Origin: Callorhinchus milii
Lineage: Eukaryota
Assembly: GCF_018977255.1 (NCBI RefSeq)
Contig: NW_024704743.1
Location: forward strand, 36,644,001 to 36,708,000
Direction: 5' to 3'
DNA length: 64,000 nt
The notes beneath the pieces are model-generated. The model was given only the letters and a program-made list of their open reading frames with translations. It did no database searches and was not told the DNA's origin. A program made the position numbers and the translations under genes. Below are positions 26,232 through 37,872 of this stretch, piece after piece (position 1 is the stretch's first letter; every line of letters starts with the position of its first letter).

Positions 26232-26442
26232 ACACTCTGGGGTCCTAAGCCTTGGCTCTTGCCAACTTGCACCTATACTTTCTGGAATTGGGTAAGCAGG
26301 ATGCATCCCTTCAAGAAGAGTGTAGATTCCATTCCAACAATCTATCTCTGGGATTTCCATGTGTAGGTGGGACACATGGAAATCTCAGCTTGTTTTGAAT
26401 ACTCTTAAGTAATGTTCCGCATTTGTCAGACACCCAGCTGAC
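26232..26442 (+). mobile_element. 3'-region fragment of the unclassified LINE
   Basis: cacactctggggtcctaagccttggctcttgccaac...gtcagacacccagctg. Confidence 0.75.
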
Positions 26443-27691
26443 CAATTGCCTTGGATTCATTTTGATCCATCAGTTGCATTTTTTCTCTGCTGACCCGACC
26501 TGATGGAGAAAGGTCACAGGCTCCAGGAGTCCTTCTGCACTTCCAGTGGTTATTCAGTGTCTTAACCCGGATGGCAAGTGTTATCAAGTTATAGGTCATT
26601 TGACTGTAGGGACAGAACTAAGCCTCATTATGCCTTCACTTCTGAAATCCACATGTGTAGCTTCTAGTTTGGTTTGTTGACTAATGATCAAAAATGGGAA
26701 GTCTAGCTTCCACAGAATGTTCCACAATGACATTCTTAACAAATTACACAGAAGCACCCATTAGAACCCATCCAACATCGACCACAAATGACCAAAGGAT
26801 CGCAAGAAGGTTCACCTGGAATGGGGATGTGCAAAAGTCTCTGTTCAGACAGTAGTTTGACCTGTCATTAACAGGTTGTGAAATCTGCTACTGGGTGAAT
26901 TCTACCACATCAAGAACCTTAGGCCTTGCAGAAGTGATTATTTATCAGTGATACCTTACAGAATCATTGCTAAATAATGCAATATTATATTATGGACCTT
27001 TTTAATCTGAGGATCTCAGTGCTGTGCAGGGAACTCTTTTTATATTGTTGGCGGAAGGGGGAATTTCATAGTAGGCTTGGATGAAGAAGATACTTTGCCC
27101 ATTTGATCTCATCCTTCCACTCTGCTGTTTTTCCATTAATACATTAAGTTGTTTATTAAATGAGCCTAGTATCCTGACATCTATCAGTATTGCTGTTAAC
27201 ACATTCTAGCTGATCCGCAAAGGTAGTCAAGCAATTTCAGAAATACTTAACATTCCCTATTTCTCCACTTTGCATTCCCAGCTTGCTGTCTACTGCTAAC
27301 TCCAACAGCAGGGAGCCACTGCAAACTGTTTGATCATCTCAATTTATACTTCATCCCTATTCCATCTAAACCTGCTTCCAACCAGAACGTTAGCCAGTTC
27401 CTTTCGAAAATAATTGTAATCAATTCCTATTGATTCTTATTTTACACATATCTGCTATTTAGTGTGACCAATTTATTCTATTCACTTCAGGCTTTTTACA
27501 TTTAAATTTGCCTCCTGTAGTTGTGTGCTCACAGTCTATGTCAAATAGCCTACTTATATATCTTCTATGCCTTTTAGGATTGACAGTCCTGAATCAATTC
27601 GCCACTCAAACTTACCAAGTTTACATAGATTTACGTAGAATGTGCAGCCAAGAAACAGGTCATTCGGCCCAACTAGTCCGTGCTGGTGTTT

Positions 27692-28020
27692 ATAATAATA
27701 ATAATAATAATAATCCTTGCATTTGATATAGCGCTTTTCACGTCGGGAGGACGTCCCAAAGCGCTTCACAGAACACACTGTAAAGTGAATTGACTGTATA
27801 TTTGTGGGTGAACGCGGCAGCCAATTGCGCACAGCAATGTCCCACAAACAGTCGTAGATTGAAAATGACCAATTTATTATTGTTTTTGGTTTTGGAGGGA
27901 TTATTATTAGGCTCTGTGTGGAGTAAGGAAACTTGCCCAAGGTTTCGCCCTCTGCCTGGAATTGAACTCAGGTCTCTCACTTGCAAAGCGAGTGCTCTAA
28001 CCACTGAGCTACAGGACTCC
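27692..28020 (-). mobile_element. Young tRNA-derived SINE, short subfamily, full length
   Basis: Almost identical to 63545-63867. Confidence 0.95.
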
Positions 28021-28164
28021 ACATGGAGACTCATGTGCAAGGTTTATACTGCACATGAGTCTCCACCCACTCCTTACTTCCTTCCATACTCTTCTGTTCA
28101 TTTCTAACCTCATGTGAAAAAGGTAGCTTCCTATTAAATGCATCAGTATTTCTTTCTTGTATAT

Positions 28165-28340
28165 TGGAGCCTCAAGTCTGAGAGATTGAAGACTGAGATT
28201 GATAGGTTTCTTGTAGATAAAAGGATTAAGGGATATGGGGATAAGGTGGGTAGGTGGAGTTAGAATAGATCAGCCATGATCTTATTGAATGGCAGGGCAG
28301 GTTCGAATGGCCTACTGCTCCTAATTCTTAAGTTCTAAGT
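28165..28340 (+). mobile_element. CR1 LINE 3' end
   Basis: aagactgagattgataggtttctt...aagggatatgggga...gatcagccatgatcttattgaatggc...aatggcctactgctcctaattctta. Confidence 0.75.
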
Positions 28341-28399
28341 CCCAGAATAATTTTCTCTGAACCCTCTCCAAAGCATCTCCGAGGCTAGACCTTCCTGGT

Positions 28400-28790
28400 G
28401 ACTCATTGGCTAGGTGTGCTGCGTGGAAGGGCAAACTAGCCACTGGGGCCAGGAATTCTTCTCACTCGGCTCCACTTAACCTTGCAAATTAAAGCCTTAA
28501 CAGTTATAGTGGTTCTTCCTGGACAAGCAGTGGGAAGCTTGCCAGACAGTGTTTACAGTACCAAGTGATGCATCTTTAGCTGGTTAAACACCAGCAATAT
28601 CTCACTATACACTCTGGGGCCATGGCTCTCACCAGCTTGCGCTTAGTACTTTCTGACAAATAGATTGTGTCCCTCAGGAGAGAGAGTACACATTCCAGAC
28701 ACAGGGTAATATCCACGTGCAAGTGGCATGGATATGTGGAACTTTTCCTGGTTTGGATACTCAAGCATGGTGTCAGACACCTGGTTGCCT
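28400..28790 (+). mobile_element. 3'-region fragment of the unclassified LINE
   Basis: tggaagggcaaactagccactggggccaggaattcttctcactcggctcc...ggacaagcagtgggaagcttgcc...gtgtcagacacc. Confidence 0.75.
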
Positions 28791-29285
28791 TGGGGGTGCT
28801 ACATTTTGCATTGGGAAGAGCATTGTTGTTTTGGATTTTGTTCATATCAATTGCAGCTTCTTGGCATGAATAAGGTAATATCTGCAATTTATAAAGTCCT
28901 TAGGTAACATTGCATCTAAAAGTCTTGCTCGAGGGATGTTTTTATGTTTTATTATGATTTCACCCTACCTTCACTTTGCAATGCAGCATCATAGGCAGAC
29001 TGCATTGCTTGAGATTTTCTTTTCAGTTAGAGCTGTTCCATTGTACAAAAAGAGAAAATGCAGCATATGTGAGTCTAAGTGTCTGGCAATAAATGAACAA
29101 CTGCTGGAGTAACATCAGTGAGTCATATATCTTGAGGACAAAAAAATCATATTAAAATATTCAGGAGTATTGTCTGAAAATCATCATTTTAATTGAAAAT
29201 GTGTTTTAGCTATGAATGAGCAGTGTTATGTCTGCATAATTAACTGCTCCTGCTTTCTCACAGAAGAACTGTTCATTTTCTGCAG

Positions 29286-29413
29286 GATTTTGTCACAAAA
29301 ATTGTCCGTTTATTGGAGAGTCCTTCCACAGTAATTCGAGCAAAAGCCTTCTTGGTCTTATTGGAAGTGTTAAAGAACAATAAAGAAATGCTGCTGCTCT
29401 GTTGCCAGACAAG
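29286..29413 (+). CDS. ULK4: ULK4 internal coding exon (128 nt, phase 0-2)
   Basis: tgcag|GAT...AG|gtaag; DFVTKIVRLLESPSTVIRAKAFLVLLEVLKNNKEMLLLCCQT(R); absent from ORF track. Confidence 0.95.
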
Positions 29414-29715
29414 GTAAGAGGCACATCGGTAAATAAAATAATAATCCTTACAATTGATATAGCACTTTCGCGGCAGGAGGACGTCTCAGAGCACTTCACG
29501 GGATATACTGCAAAGTAGAGTGAATATATTTATGACCGAACGTAGAGGTAGAAACCAAAACCATAAAACCATGGCTTTAAATCAGTTTATTCCATGTAAG
29601 CCTTTCACCTCAGGGACTTTCCTGTTTTATTATGACTCAGTGCTCCACTATGCAGCTATTGAGCTGTCAGTTGAATTTTTTAATCCCAAATTATTCATTT
29701 GCTTTCAGTTATTAT

Positions 29716-30078
29716 GGAGTCCTGTAGCTTAGTGGATAGAGCACTCGCTTCACAAGCGAGAGAACCTGGGTTCAATTTCCGGGCAGGGCAAAATGTTAGG
29801 CAAGTTTCCTTACTCCACACACCACTGTTCACCTAGCAGTAAGTAGGAACCCAGTTGTTAGTTGATTGGTGGATCGCTTTTCCAGGGGTAATATTCTCTT
29901 CCAAAAAATAAAAAAATAATAATAATTCGGTCACTCAATCCATGACTGTGTGCAATTGACTGCCACGTTTCGCTCACAAAATATACAGTCAATTCACTTT
30001 ACAGTATATTCTATGAAGCGCTTTGAGACGTCTCGAAGACATGATAAGGCGCCAAATCAAATGCAAGGATTATTATTG
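29716..30078 (+). mobile_element. tRNA-derived SINE, long subfamily
   Basis: ggagtcctgtagcttagtgg head, cacctagcagtaagtaggaacc block, tail caaggattattatt. Confidence 0.9.
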
Positions 30079-30577
30079 TAGAAACATTTGTTTGCACCTC
30101 ATTGATAAAATATGACATTATCTAAATATGTTCAGAATGTTGAATACTGTATAAAGAAAGGTACAGCAGAGAGCTTGATATTCATATTTACTGGCAGCAT
30201 TTCCATATTGTTTTAGATATCAATGCCTTCTCTCTTATTCCCCATCCCATTACGAGAATAACGATTGGCAATGTGCATCTTGTCACATTTTCATGGGTAT
30301 ATTTAAAGGGCCAGTGACAAATAATCAGATATACTGTGGATAATCGATAGGAGTTGTCCATTTCTTAAAAAAATCTAATGAGTAGCTTGGAGGCGGAAGG
30401 AAGAGAAAGATGGTATAGTTTTATGTATTTCTATTATTGGTGATTTAAAATGATTCCTAGGTCTCAGAAGGTTGAATACCATGACTAGTTAGCCCTATTT
30501 GAGATGTCACAGGCTCAAAAAGTCTAAGGTTAGACTTTTGAACCCATGCTGGCTGTCATTATTTAGATTACTTTTAT

Positions 30578-31542
30578 CCTCCTGGAGGGGGGAGTTAAGT
30601 GGGGTCTCCTTGTAGCTAAACTCGTTCCAATGTGATATGTTTAGCAACAGAATGTCAGAATCAAGTCAACCCTCTCTGATTGCCTCAGTAGTCCGGTTCC
30701 TGAGCCAGGCGGTTCCACAGTATTCCAGGGCAATGCTGATGATAAAGTCTGGCTCGTTGGTAGGACATGGAAGGCCATAATAATAATAATAAGATATACT
30801 GGAAGGGCATTCCAGTCACTGGAGTCTTGTAGCTCAGTGGTTAGAGCACTCGCTTTGCAAATAGAGACCTGAGTTCAATTCCAGGCAGAGGGCGAAACCT
30901 TGGGCAAGTTTCCTTACTCCACACAGAGCCTAATAATAATCCCTCCAAAACCAAAAACAATAATAAATTGGTCATTTTCAATCTACGACTGTTTGTGGGA
31001 CGTTGCTGTGCGCAATTGGCGCCGCGTTCGCCCACAAATATACAGTCAATTCACTTTACAGAGTGTTCTGTGAAGCGCTTTGGGACGTCCTCCCGACGTG
31101 AAAAGCGCTATATCAAATGCAAGGATTATTATTATTATTATTGGGAGCAGGGAATCCTCCCACTCAGCTCCTGTAAACCCTGCAAGCCAAAGCCCTAATG
31201 GGTAGAGTGGTCCCAGCTGGACAAGCAGTGGGAAAGCTTGCCCGACAATGCTTTTGATTTAGCAAACTATACGGTTTTAGCTGGTTAAGACTCCAGCAGT
31301 ACTCCAACCCACATTCTGGGGTCCCCAAGCAGTAGCTCTTGTCAACCTGCACCTAATTTGTTCTGGAATTCGGTAAGCAGGATGTGTCCCTCCAGGGAGA
31401 GAGGGCACGTTCCATTCCAACAATCTATCTCTGGGATTCCCATGTGTAGGTGGGATGCATGGAATTCTCAGTTGGGTTTGGATACTCTTAAGCATGGTGA
31501 TGGGTTTCTGCATGTGTCAAACACTCAGCTGCCCCCAAAAAA
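30578..31542 (+). mobile_element. Unclassified LINE: ORF end plus 3' region, interrupted by a young SINE
   Basis: 30578-30730 matches the reverse complement of 13620-13760; resumes after the SINE at 31143 and ends gtgtcaaacactcagctgccccc. Confidence 0.8.
30821..31142 (+). mobile_element. Young tRNA-derived SINE, short subfamily, full length
   Basis: ggagtcttgtagctcagtggttagagc...gagttcaattcc...(att)n. Confidence 0.95.
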
Positions 31543-31615
31543 TTATCCAGGTAATGTTCATTTCCTTTCTGACGATTGATTCCATCATGTTTCCAATTAT
31601 TGAGGGCAATGCGCA

Positions 31616-31758
31616 GTCAGGCTAATGTGTCTCTGGTTGATATAAAGTCAGGCATAAAGGATCTGTAGTTGATATATGGATAGGTTAATGTGTCTGTTGT
31701 TGATATGAGGTCAGGCTAAAGGGTCTGTAGCTCTTATGTGGATAGGCTAATGGGTCTA
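31616..31758. repeat. Degenerate ~31-bp minisatellite (~4.5 units)
   Basis: Units start gtcaggcta/gataggtta and contain tctgt.gttgatat. Confidence 0.7.
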
Positions 31759-32279
31759 ACCTTATATGATGAGTAGCCACTTTCTGAGACATCAGAATGT
31801 TCCCAGCACAATTCAGCAACTTCGAGATTTGTCACCAAATGGAAGTAAGATGCAGAAATAAAATAAGTTGAAATGAAATGCTGTCATAATAAAAACTGGT
31901 TTGCAACATAAAACAGCTGCCACCAACTAATGCTACATAAAATTCCACAGAAAGTTTATTCTAAAACAATGAATCATTAATAAATTAAATCTAATTTGCC
32001 AAGTAATTTTGTGCTTCATTTATACTGTGTATACTGCATGTTTGGTTGGCAAACATGCAGGATAAATGAGAGATAGAGCCATTGCGAATGTTACTGGAGG
32101 TTGCTCTTACACAATCTAGAGATAGCAGTTTCAGGAAAAGTGCGATTTACACCATGCAGTAAATCCAGTGGTTACAAATTTAACTGAGATCACTCCCCTG
32201 TGGTTTGTAGCAAGCTATGTGACAAGACCACTTTTTAACATTATGAATGTTTCCTCTGATTTCTCTTCTCTACTCTTCC

Positions 32280-33485
32280 AATCTCTCCCTCCACATCCAC
32301 TCTGCCACCTACGTCCGTAGCTACTTGCTTAATCTGGTGATTACCTCAGTGTCTCACACCTCACCATCACCGACAAAGCCAGCTCAGACCATTACTTAAT
32401 TTCCCTTAACTCCTCAATCCCTCTCCCCACCACCACACAACCCACCTCCATCTCCTACTGCCCTGGAAAAAAATCTCTCCCCACTCCCATAATGACTTAT
32501 CCTCCTTGGTCACTTTCCTCCACAACTCCCGCTCTGCCACTCTCGATGCCGTGGCCTCCCTCACCTCCTACACTCGCAAGTTGCCCTAGCACACCAGCCA
32601 CCTCCGCTCCCTCAAGGCAAAGGTGTGCGTGCTGCTGAACGCACCTGGCTCAAATCTAATTTAACAGTCCATCAGCAGATCCTCTGCTAAATCGTCCTTC
32701 TATTCCAATATAATCTTGGAGGCCAAGGACAACCTCTTTTCCACCAACAACTGTCACCTCCTCCCACCCACTGCTCACAGACATTATAAACTTCTCCCTG
32801 TCTACTGGCACCATTCTCACCCCTTAAAAACAGCCATCATCACCCCATCCTCAAAAAAGGTTCCTTGGACCCATCCTTGCTCTCAAATTACAGCTCCATC
32901 TCCAACCTCCCTTTCCTTTCTAAGGTCCTCAAGCAAATTGTTGCTTCCAAACTTCGCTCTTTCCTCTCCTGCCATTCCCTTCACGAACCCCTCCAATCAG
33001 ATTTTCTTGCTACTCACAACACAGAAACAGCCTTGGTCAAAGTGACAAATTACATTCCGTCCATCTGTTACCAGGGCTTCCTCTGTCTCCTCGCCCTCCT
33101 TGACTCTCTGCTCCCTTTGATAGCGTTGACCACTCTATCCTCCTCCACCGCCTTTCACTTCAACTTTCATGGTTCTGTCCTTGCATTCTACCTCTCACAC
33201 TGTCTCCATTTTGGCTCCACAAATGGCTTCTCCTCAAGCCCCCGAACCGTCTCGTGTGGAGTTTCTCAGGGCTCTGAGCTTGGTCCTCTATTCTTCAACA
33301 TGTCCATGCTCCCTCTTGGTGACATCATCTGCAGACATGGGGTTAACTTCCACATGTATGTGGATGACACCCAACTCTACCTCTCTGCCTCCACCCTTGA
33401 CTCCAGGACCACTGCTGTCCTGACATCAGCAGATCCTCTGCCATGACCCGCTCTGCCTTCCCCCGCCTCTGCAACTTCGCCCGTG
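32280..33485 (+). mobile_element. L2-like LINE internal RT fragment
   Basis: ISNLPFLSKVLKQIV, HNTETALVKVTN, GVSQGSELGPLFFN, HMYVDDTQLYLS. Confidence 0.9.
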
Positions 33486-33994
33486 CCCGTAGAATTACAT
33501 CCTGATTCTTTCATGGTAAGTTGGTGTGTTTGGTTTTATGAAAAGGACAAGATCAAATGGGCTGAAAAGCTTTCTTCATTCAAACCTCTTGTGAGCTTTT
33601 ATGGTCCTCTTCACTATATACACAGTAGATTCCACAGTAGTTCTCATGACACAGATGGTGTTTGGAAAGTATGCTTTGATGGATTGGAAATTTATTCCCC
33701 TTGAAACGAAGTATTGCTTGGTTTCACAGACACAAATTGCATTTGCAGAACACCCAAAGGATGACGATTGTCATATATGAAATTCACTGCCCCAAATTTG
33801 GCCATGATCAGTTATCACAGATAGAATATCAGAATCTGTTAGTTGAGCAGCAGCATTGTGCCCTATAGTGAACAACGAGCAGCAGAGAGAGAAACTATAA
33901 TGTCAATGTATAGTGATACTATAGGGACTGCTGCTCTGCATATTGTACTTTTGTAGTTGTGTTGCTGGTTTTGAATACTGCATTTAGTCTTCTC

Positions 33995-34421
33995 CTGCCC
34001 GGTAGGGCGAAATGTTGGGCAAGTTTCCTTAATCCCTCTGTTTACCTAGCAAGCAGTAAGTAGAAACCCGGTTGTTAGTAGATTGGTGGAACGCTTTTCT
34101 GGGGGTAATAATTCCTTCAAATAATAATAAATTGGTCACTTCAATCCAAGCAAGAGACCCGGGTTTGATTCCCGACAGGGCGAAACCTTGGGCAAGTTTC
34201 CTTACTCCACAAACCTGATAATAATCCCTCAAGGAAACAAAAACAGTAATAATTTGGTCACTCAATCCACGACTGTTTGTGGGACACTGCTGTGCGCAAT
34301 TGGCTGCTGCGTTTCACCCACAAAATACACAGTCAGTTCACTTTACATTATATTCTGTGAAGTCCTTTGAGACTTCTCAAAGACATAATAAGGTGCTATA
34401 TCAAATGCAAGGATTATTATT
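33995..34421 (+). mobile_element. Composite SINE: long-form body followed by a second SINE starting near its B box
   Basis: gggcgaaa..ttgggcaagtttcctta occurs at ~34005 and ~34178; single tail ending ~34420. Confidence 0.8.
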
Positions 34422-36499
34422 ACATCCAAGCAAAGGTCTCTGAGCTTGTTTTTAAATCAAAACAACTGCTTGACTGACAGATGGAGAAAATTTTCAAACT
34501 TAATTAAAAATACAATCAGCAGACATCTCTGGCAGAATGAGCAAGAGACATATTGACAAGGCGCATAAACCAACCTTGTCAAAGCTGAAGCTCAATGCTT
34601 TTTTGAATTCTTCTTTTTACTGATTATTTGTAACATCAGCCTGTCTTCAGGTGGACAGTGTTCAAGAAAAGACTGTCATTTCTCCCAGTGTCCTGGCCAA
34701 TAATCCTCCAAATAAATTGCTCAGTCACCTCATGTTTGTGGGACCTTACTATGCACAAAATGGCTAGTCCATGATCAAGATCTCTTTTCCAAAAACACTT
34801 TGCTTTGCTACCTTTCTCTCTGCCTTCAAAACCTCCTAAATCATACACAGCTCCTCAACTCTTTCTTTCTTCAACATCTTTAATTTCTTATTTCTTTACC
34901 TGGTGTCTACCACTACACAAGACATTCTTTTACATGAAAGATTAGGTGAAAATATAGTTGCAAGTTGATGCAATAGGGATCGTAGGAGTATGAGCTTGTT
35001 CACAATTGCTTCATATGTTTTATTTGGCCTTGGAGATGGTCCAAATATTGGCTGATATTATTAGCTCTGTGGGAAAGTGGCAACATCAATGTGAAACTCA
35101 TTTGCAAATGGAACAAGTTCCAACACTTTGATATGATAAATTGTCTGGTACTACATTTCATTGCATGAATTAAATAGATATCTAGTGGAATTTAAACAAA
35201 AACTATATTTCCTGAAATAGGTAAAAGTATTTTAGGATTAAAAAGGACTGAATATTTGTGGAGAGAAATTATGTTGTCTTTGCTATTGTTACTGTAAATT
35301 AAAGGTCAAATTGAATGGAAGTTTCATGGGTTGTGACTATTGGCTGTATAATGTGACAATTGATGGTGTTTTGGTATGCAATTAATGTAAGCTTGAATTG
35401 ACATAACTTTGTTCACCATATTAAAATTCAACTCAATAAGATCTCTGATTAAAAAGATTAAAGCAACATCTGTCAATCACATTCGAAAGATTGGAGTTCT
35501 GGTGAATAATACTGATCTTACTTTTGAGATGTCTCATATTATTTTTTCCCAATTTGACAAATATAGTGTAAATCCCATGATGCTGTTTATCAAGATTTGA
35601 AAGACCAAATGGATACACAATATGTTACTGGAGTACACTCTGCTCATTTTTGTTTTTTTTCCAGTTGTTGCTTGCTAAAACGTAGTGAAACCAGTGTTTT
35701 TATTTTAAGCAGACAGTAGGAGCATTTAGTGTATTTCCTTTCGTCTTGTTTTGGCCTTATGCCCTGTGCTTCTCTACAACAGTTTCACCCCCCGCAAACG
35801 TTATCTTTTTCTGAGTATTGTTGCCACCTACCAGCACTCTCCCTTATAAATACAATTCTTACCAATAATTACTTCTCACAAGTTGACTACACTTCAATTA
35901 CTATTTTATTTTTGTATTCGGATCTTTAAAGCTAAAAACCCATCATGGAAAAGTGATTGATTCAAAAATCAAAATGTTCTTCCTTTATTGCATGTGCTTG
36001 CAATTTTTTTTTAATCTTCAGAATATAACAAGCACCTTCGTGGTCACAATGACATATTGATTACATAATGGATTACTCACATTGATATTGAGCACTGTTG
36101 CATTTGAACTAGTTGATATGTTGTCAATATAACAACAACTTTAGCACACTATAGGGCACTTCACTTAAAGTAGAGTCTCAGAGTGCTTTACAGAGATGGG
36201 GCTTGATACCAAGAGAGAGGAAGTGATTCTTGGCATGGTCGAAGAGATATTTTTCATGTAATAATAATCCTTGTGTTTGATATAGCACTCAAAATGTTGA
36301 AATGTCTGCAATTGCTTCACAAGCAATTGCTGTCAAGTGTAATATCTGTGTATTTCACAAGATCACAAGATTGGATCAGATAAAGAAGGCCCTTCGACCC
36401 ACCTGATCTCATCCTTCAGAACACCCATCCTGTTGTTCCACCATCACAGCATCAAGCTGCTTTAAGTATGAGTTCAGTGTCCTAGTCTCAACTAACTTT

Positions 36500-36668
36500 C
36501 ATGACCTGCTTGTGAGTGAGACAGGCTGGACTGTTATCGGCAGTGCCCCTAGAGTACTGCAGACCTGCCTGGCTCAGGAGATAGACTACTGAAACCACAG
36601 AGTCCATCCTGACATCTCATAACCAGTTCAGCTCTAAGGAGACCCTGCTTACCTCTCCTCTCCCCCCT
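36500..36668 (-). mobile_element. Fragment of the unclassified LINE ORF end
   Basis: gagtactgcagacctgcctggctcaggagatagactactga...ccagttcagctctaaggagaccc matches 13621-13750. Confidence 0.7.
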
Positions 36669-37038
36669 CACCCACCAAAGAGGAGATGGATTTCAGTCGC
36701 TCTGTCAAGATTTGTTTGGGTGCCAGCATTGAATGCCTGTAGATGGCAACCATCTGTGCACAACATATCATTGATGTGTTATGGCGTTAACCGTTATGGA
36801 ATAATGATTGTGGTACTATAAATGCAAGTTTATTGAGAAAAATATGCAGTCGACGTGTAGGTATTTTACAATTCATATACATCGTAACCCGGTGTTTATG
36901 TGTTGGATGATCATGACAGAACAGAGTTGGATAATCTTGACCTAAAAATAGTGAAAATTGTAATGAGAAACCCCTCAAGGGTAACATATTTCAAGTATTG
37001 AAGATGGCACTAATCACCTCTGTTTTTTTAAATTCCAG

Positions 37039-37172
37039 ACTTGTGATGTATATTGAAAGAGACAGCAGAAAAGCCACACAAGGGAAGGAACAACAAAACA
37101 GCAATGAATACATGTCAAAATGTCTGGATCTCCTAATCTGTCACATCGTACAGGAACTGCCAGGAATCATAG
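37039..37172 (+). CDS. ULK4: ULK4 internal coding exon (134 nt, phase 2-1)
   Basis: tccag|A CTT...ATA G|gtaaa; LVMYIERDSRKATQGKEQQNSNEYMSKCLDLLICHIVQELPGII. Confidence 0.96.
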
Positions 37173-37609
37173 GTAAATTGACCAAATGACATGAAATGTG
37201 CAGCAGTACAGTTTAGTCACCGTGTTTTCACTTCAGGTGCTAAGACCCTTGACAGTTTAAGAAAATAAGATTTCTTGAATACATGCAGAAATATTCAATT
37301 CTTCATGAATTTTTCATATCTAGAATTGGAGACTCCATTTTAATTAAATACTTCAGCTGGCAATTGGTAAAGGTGAGAGGCTAACGTTTTTGTTTTGTTC
37401 CGTTAATGTAGTTCTTCCAGGAATTGATTAAAATTATCTGCTGGAAGAAATGTATTTCTTTTCTTATTAAGAGAAAAAATTCTAGCATTTTTTTAAATAT
37501 AAAAACAAAAGCATCAATAAGCACTTACATGGGGATGAGATTTTACATTTGATTGAAAGTTTTACCTATCTTCCATTTCTCATGTAGAATGTCAATTTCT
37601 CGGCTGACA

Positions 37610-37872
37610 GCGCTGGGGATGCCTGCTTTGTCAGAGATGCTATCCTTCAGATGAGATGTTAAACCGTTTCTTCCAGTGTCCTGGCCAACAATCCCGAATA
37701 GATAAAATTGCTCATTCACTTCATGGTTGTTTGTGGGACATTCCTGTGTGCAAATTGGCTGCCACATTCACTTACAAATACACACTCATCACATTTAACA
37801 TGAATTCCTGGTGGAACAATTTCTAAAGTCTTAATGACGTGAAAGGCACTATATGAAACCAAGGATTATTTT
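37610..37872 (+). mobile_element. Old DeuSINE-type SINE fragment
   Basis: gtcagagatgctatccttcagatgagatgttaaaccg, gtttgtgggacattcctgtgtgcaaattggctgcc, tail. Confidence 0.65.

Noticed and set aside
27554..28107. Recurrent ORFs MGKFPYSTQSLIIIPP..., MESCSSVVRALAL..., [16 protein letters not shown]...
   Set aside because: Translations of the multi-copy SINE in several frames, not proteins.
30821..30895. tRNA-like sequence with A and B boxes
   Set aside because: Head of a SINE continuing into body and tail; no proper acceptor-stem 3' end, so not a tRNA gene.
32034..32060. 11-bp hairpin ctgcatgtttg/caaacatgcag
   Set aside because: Short, with no supporting context.
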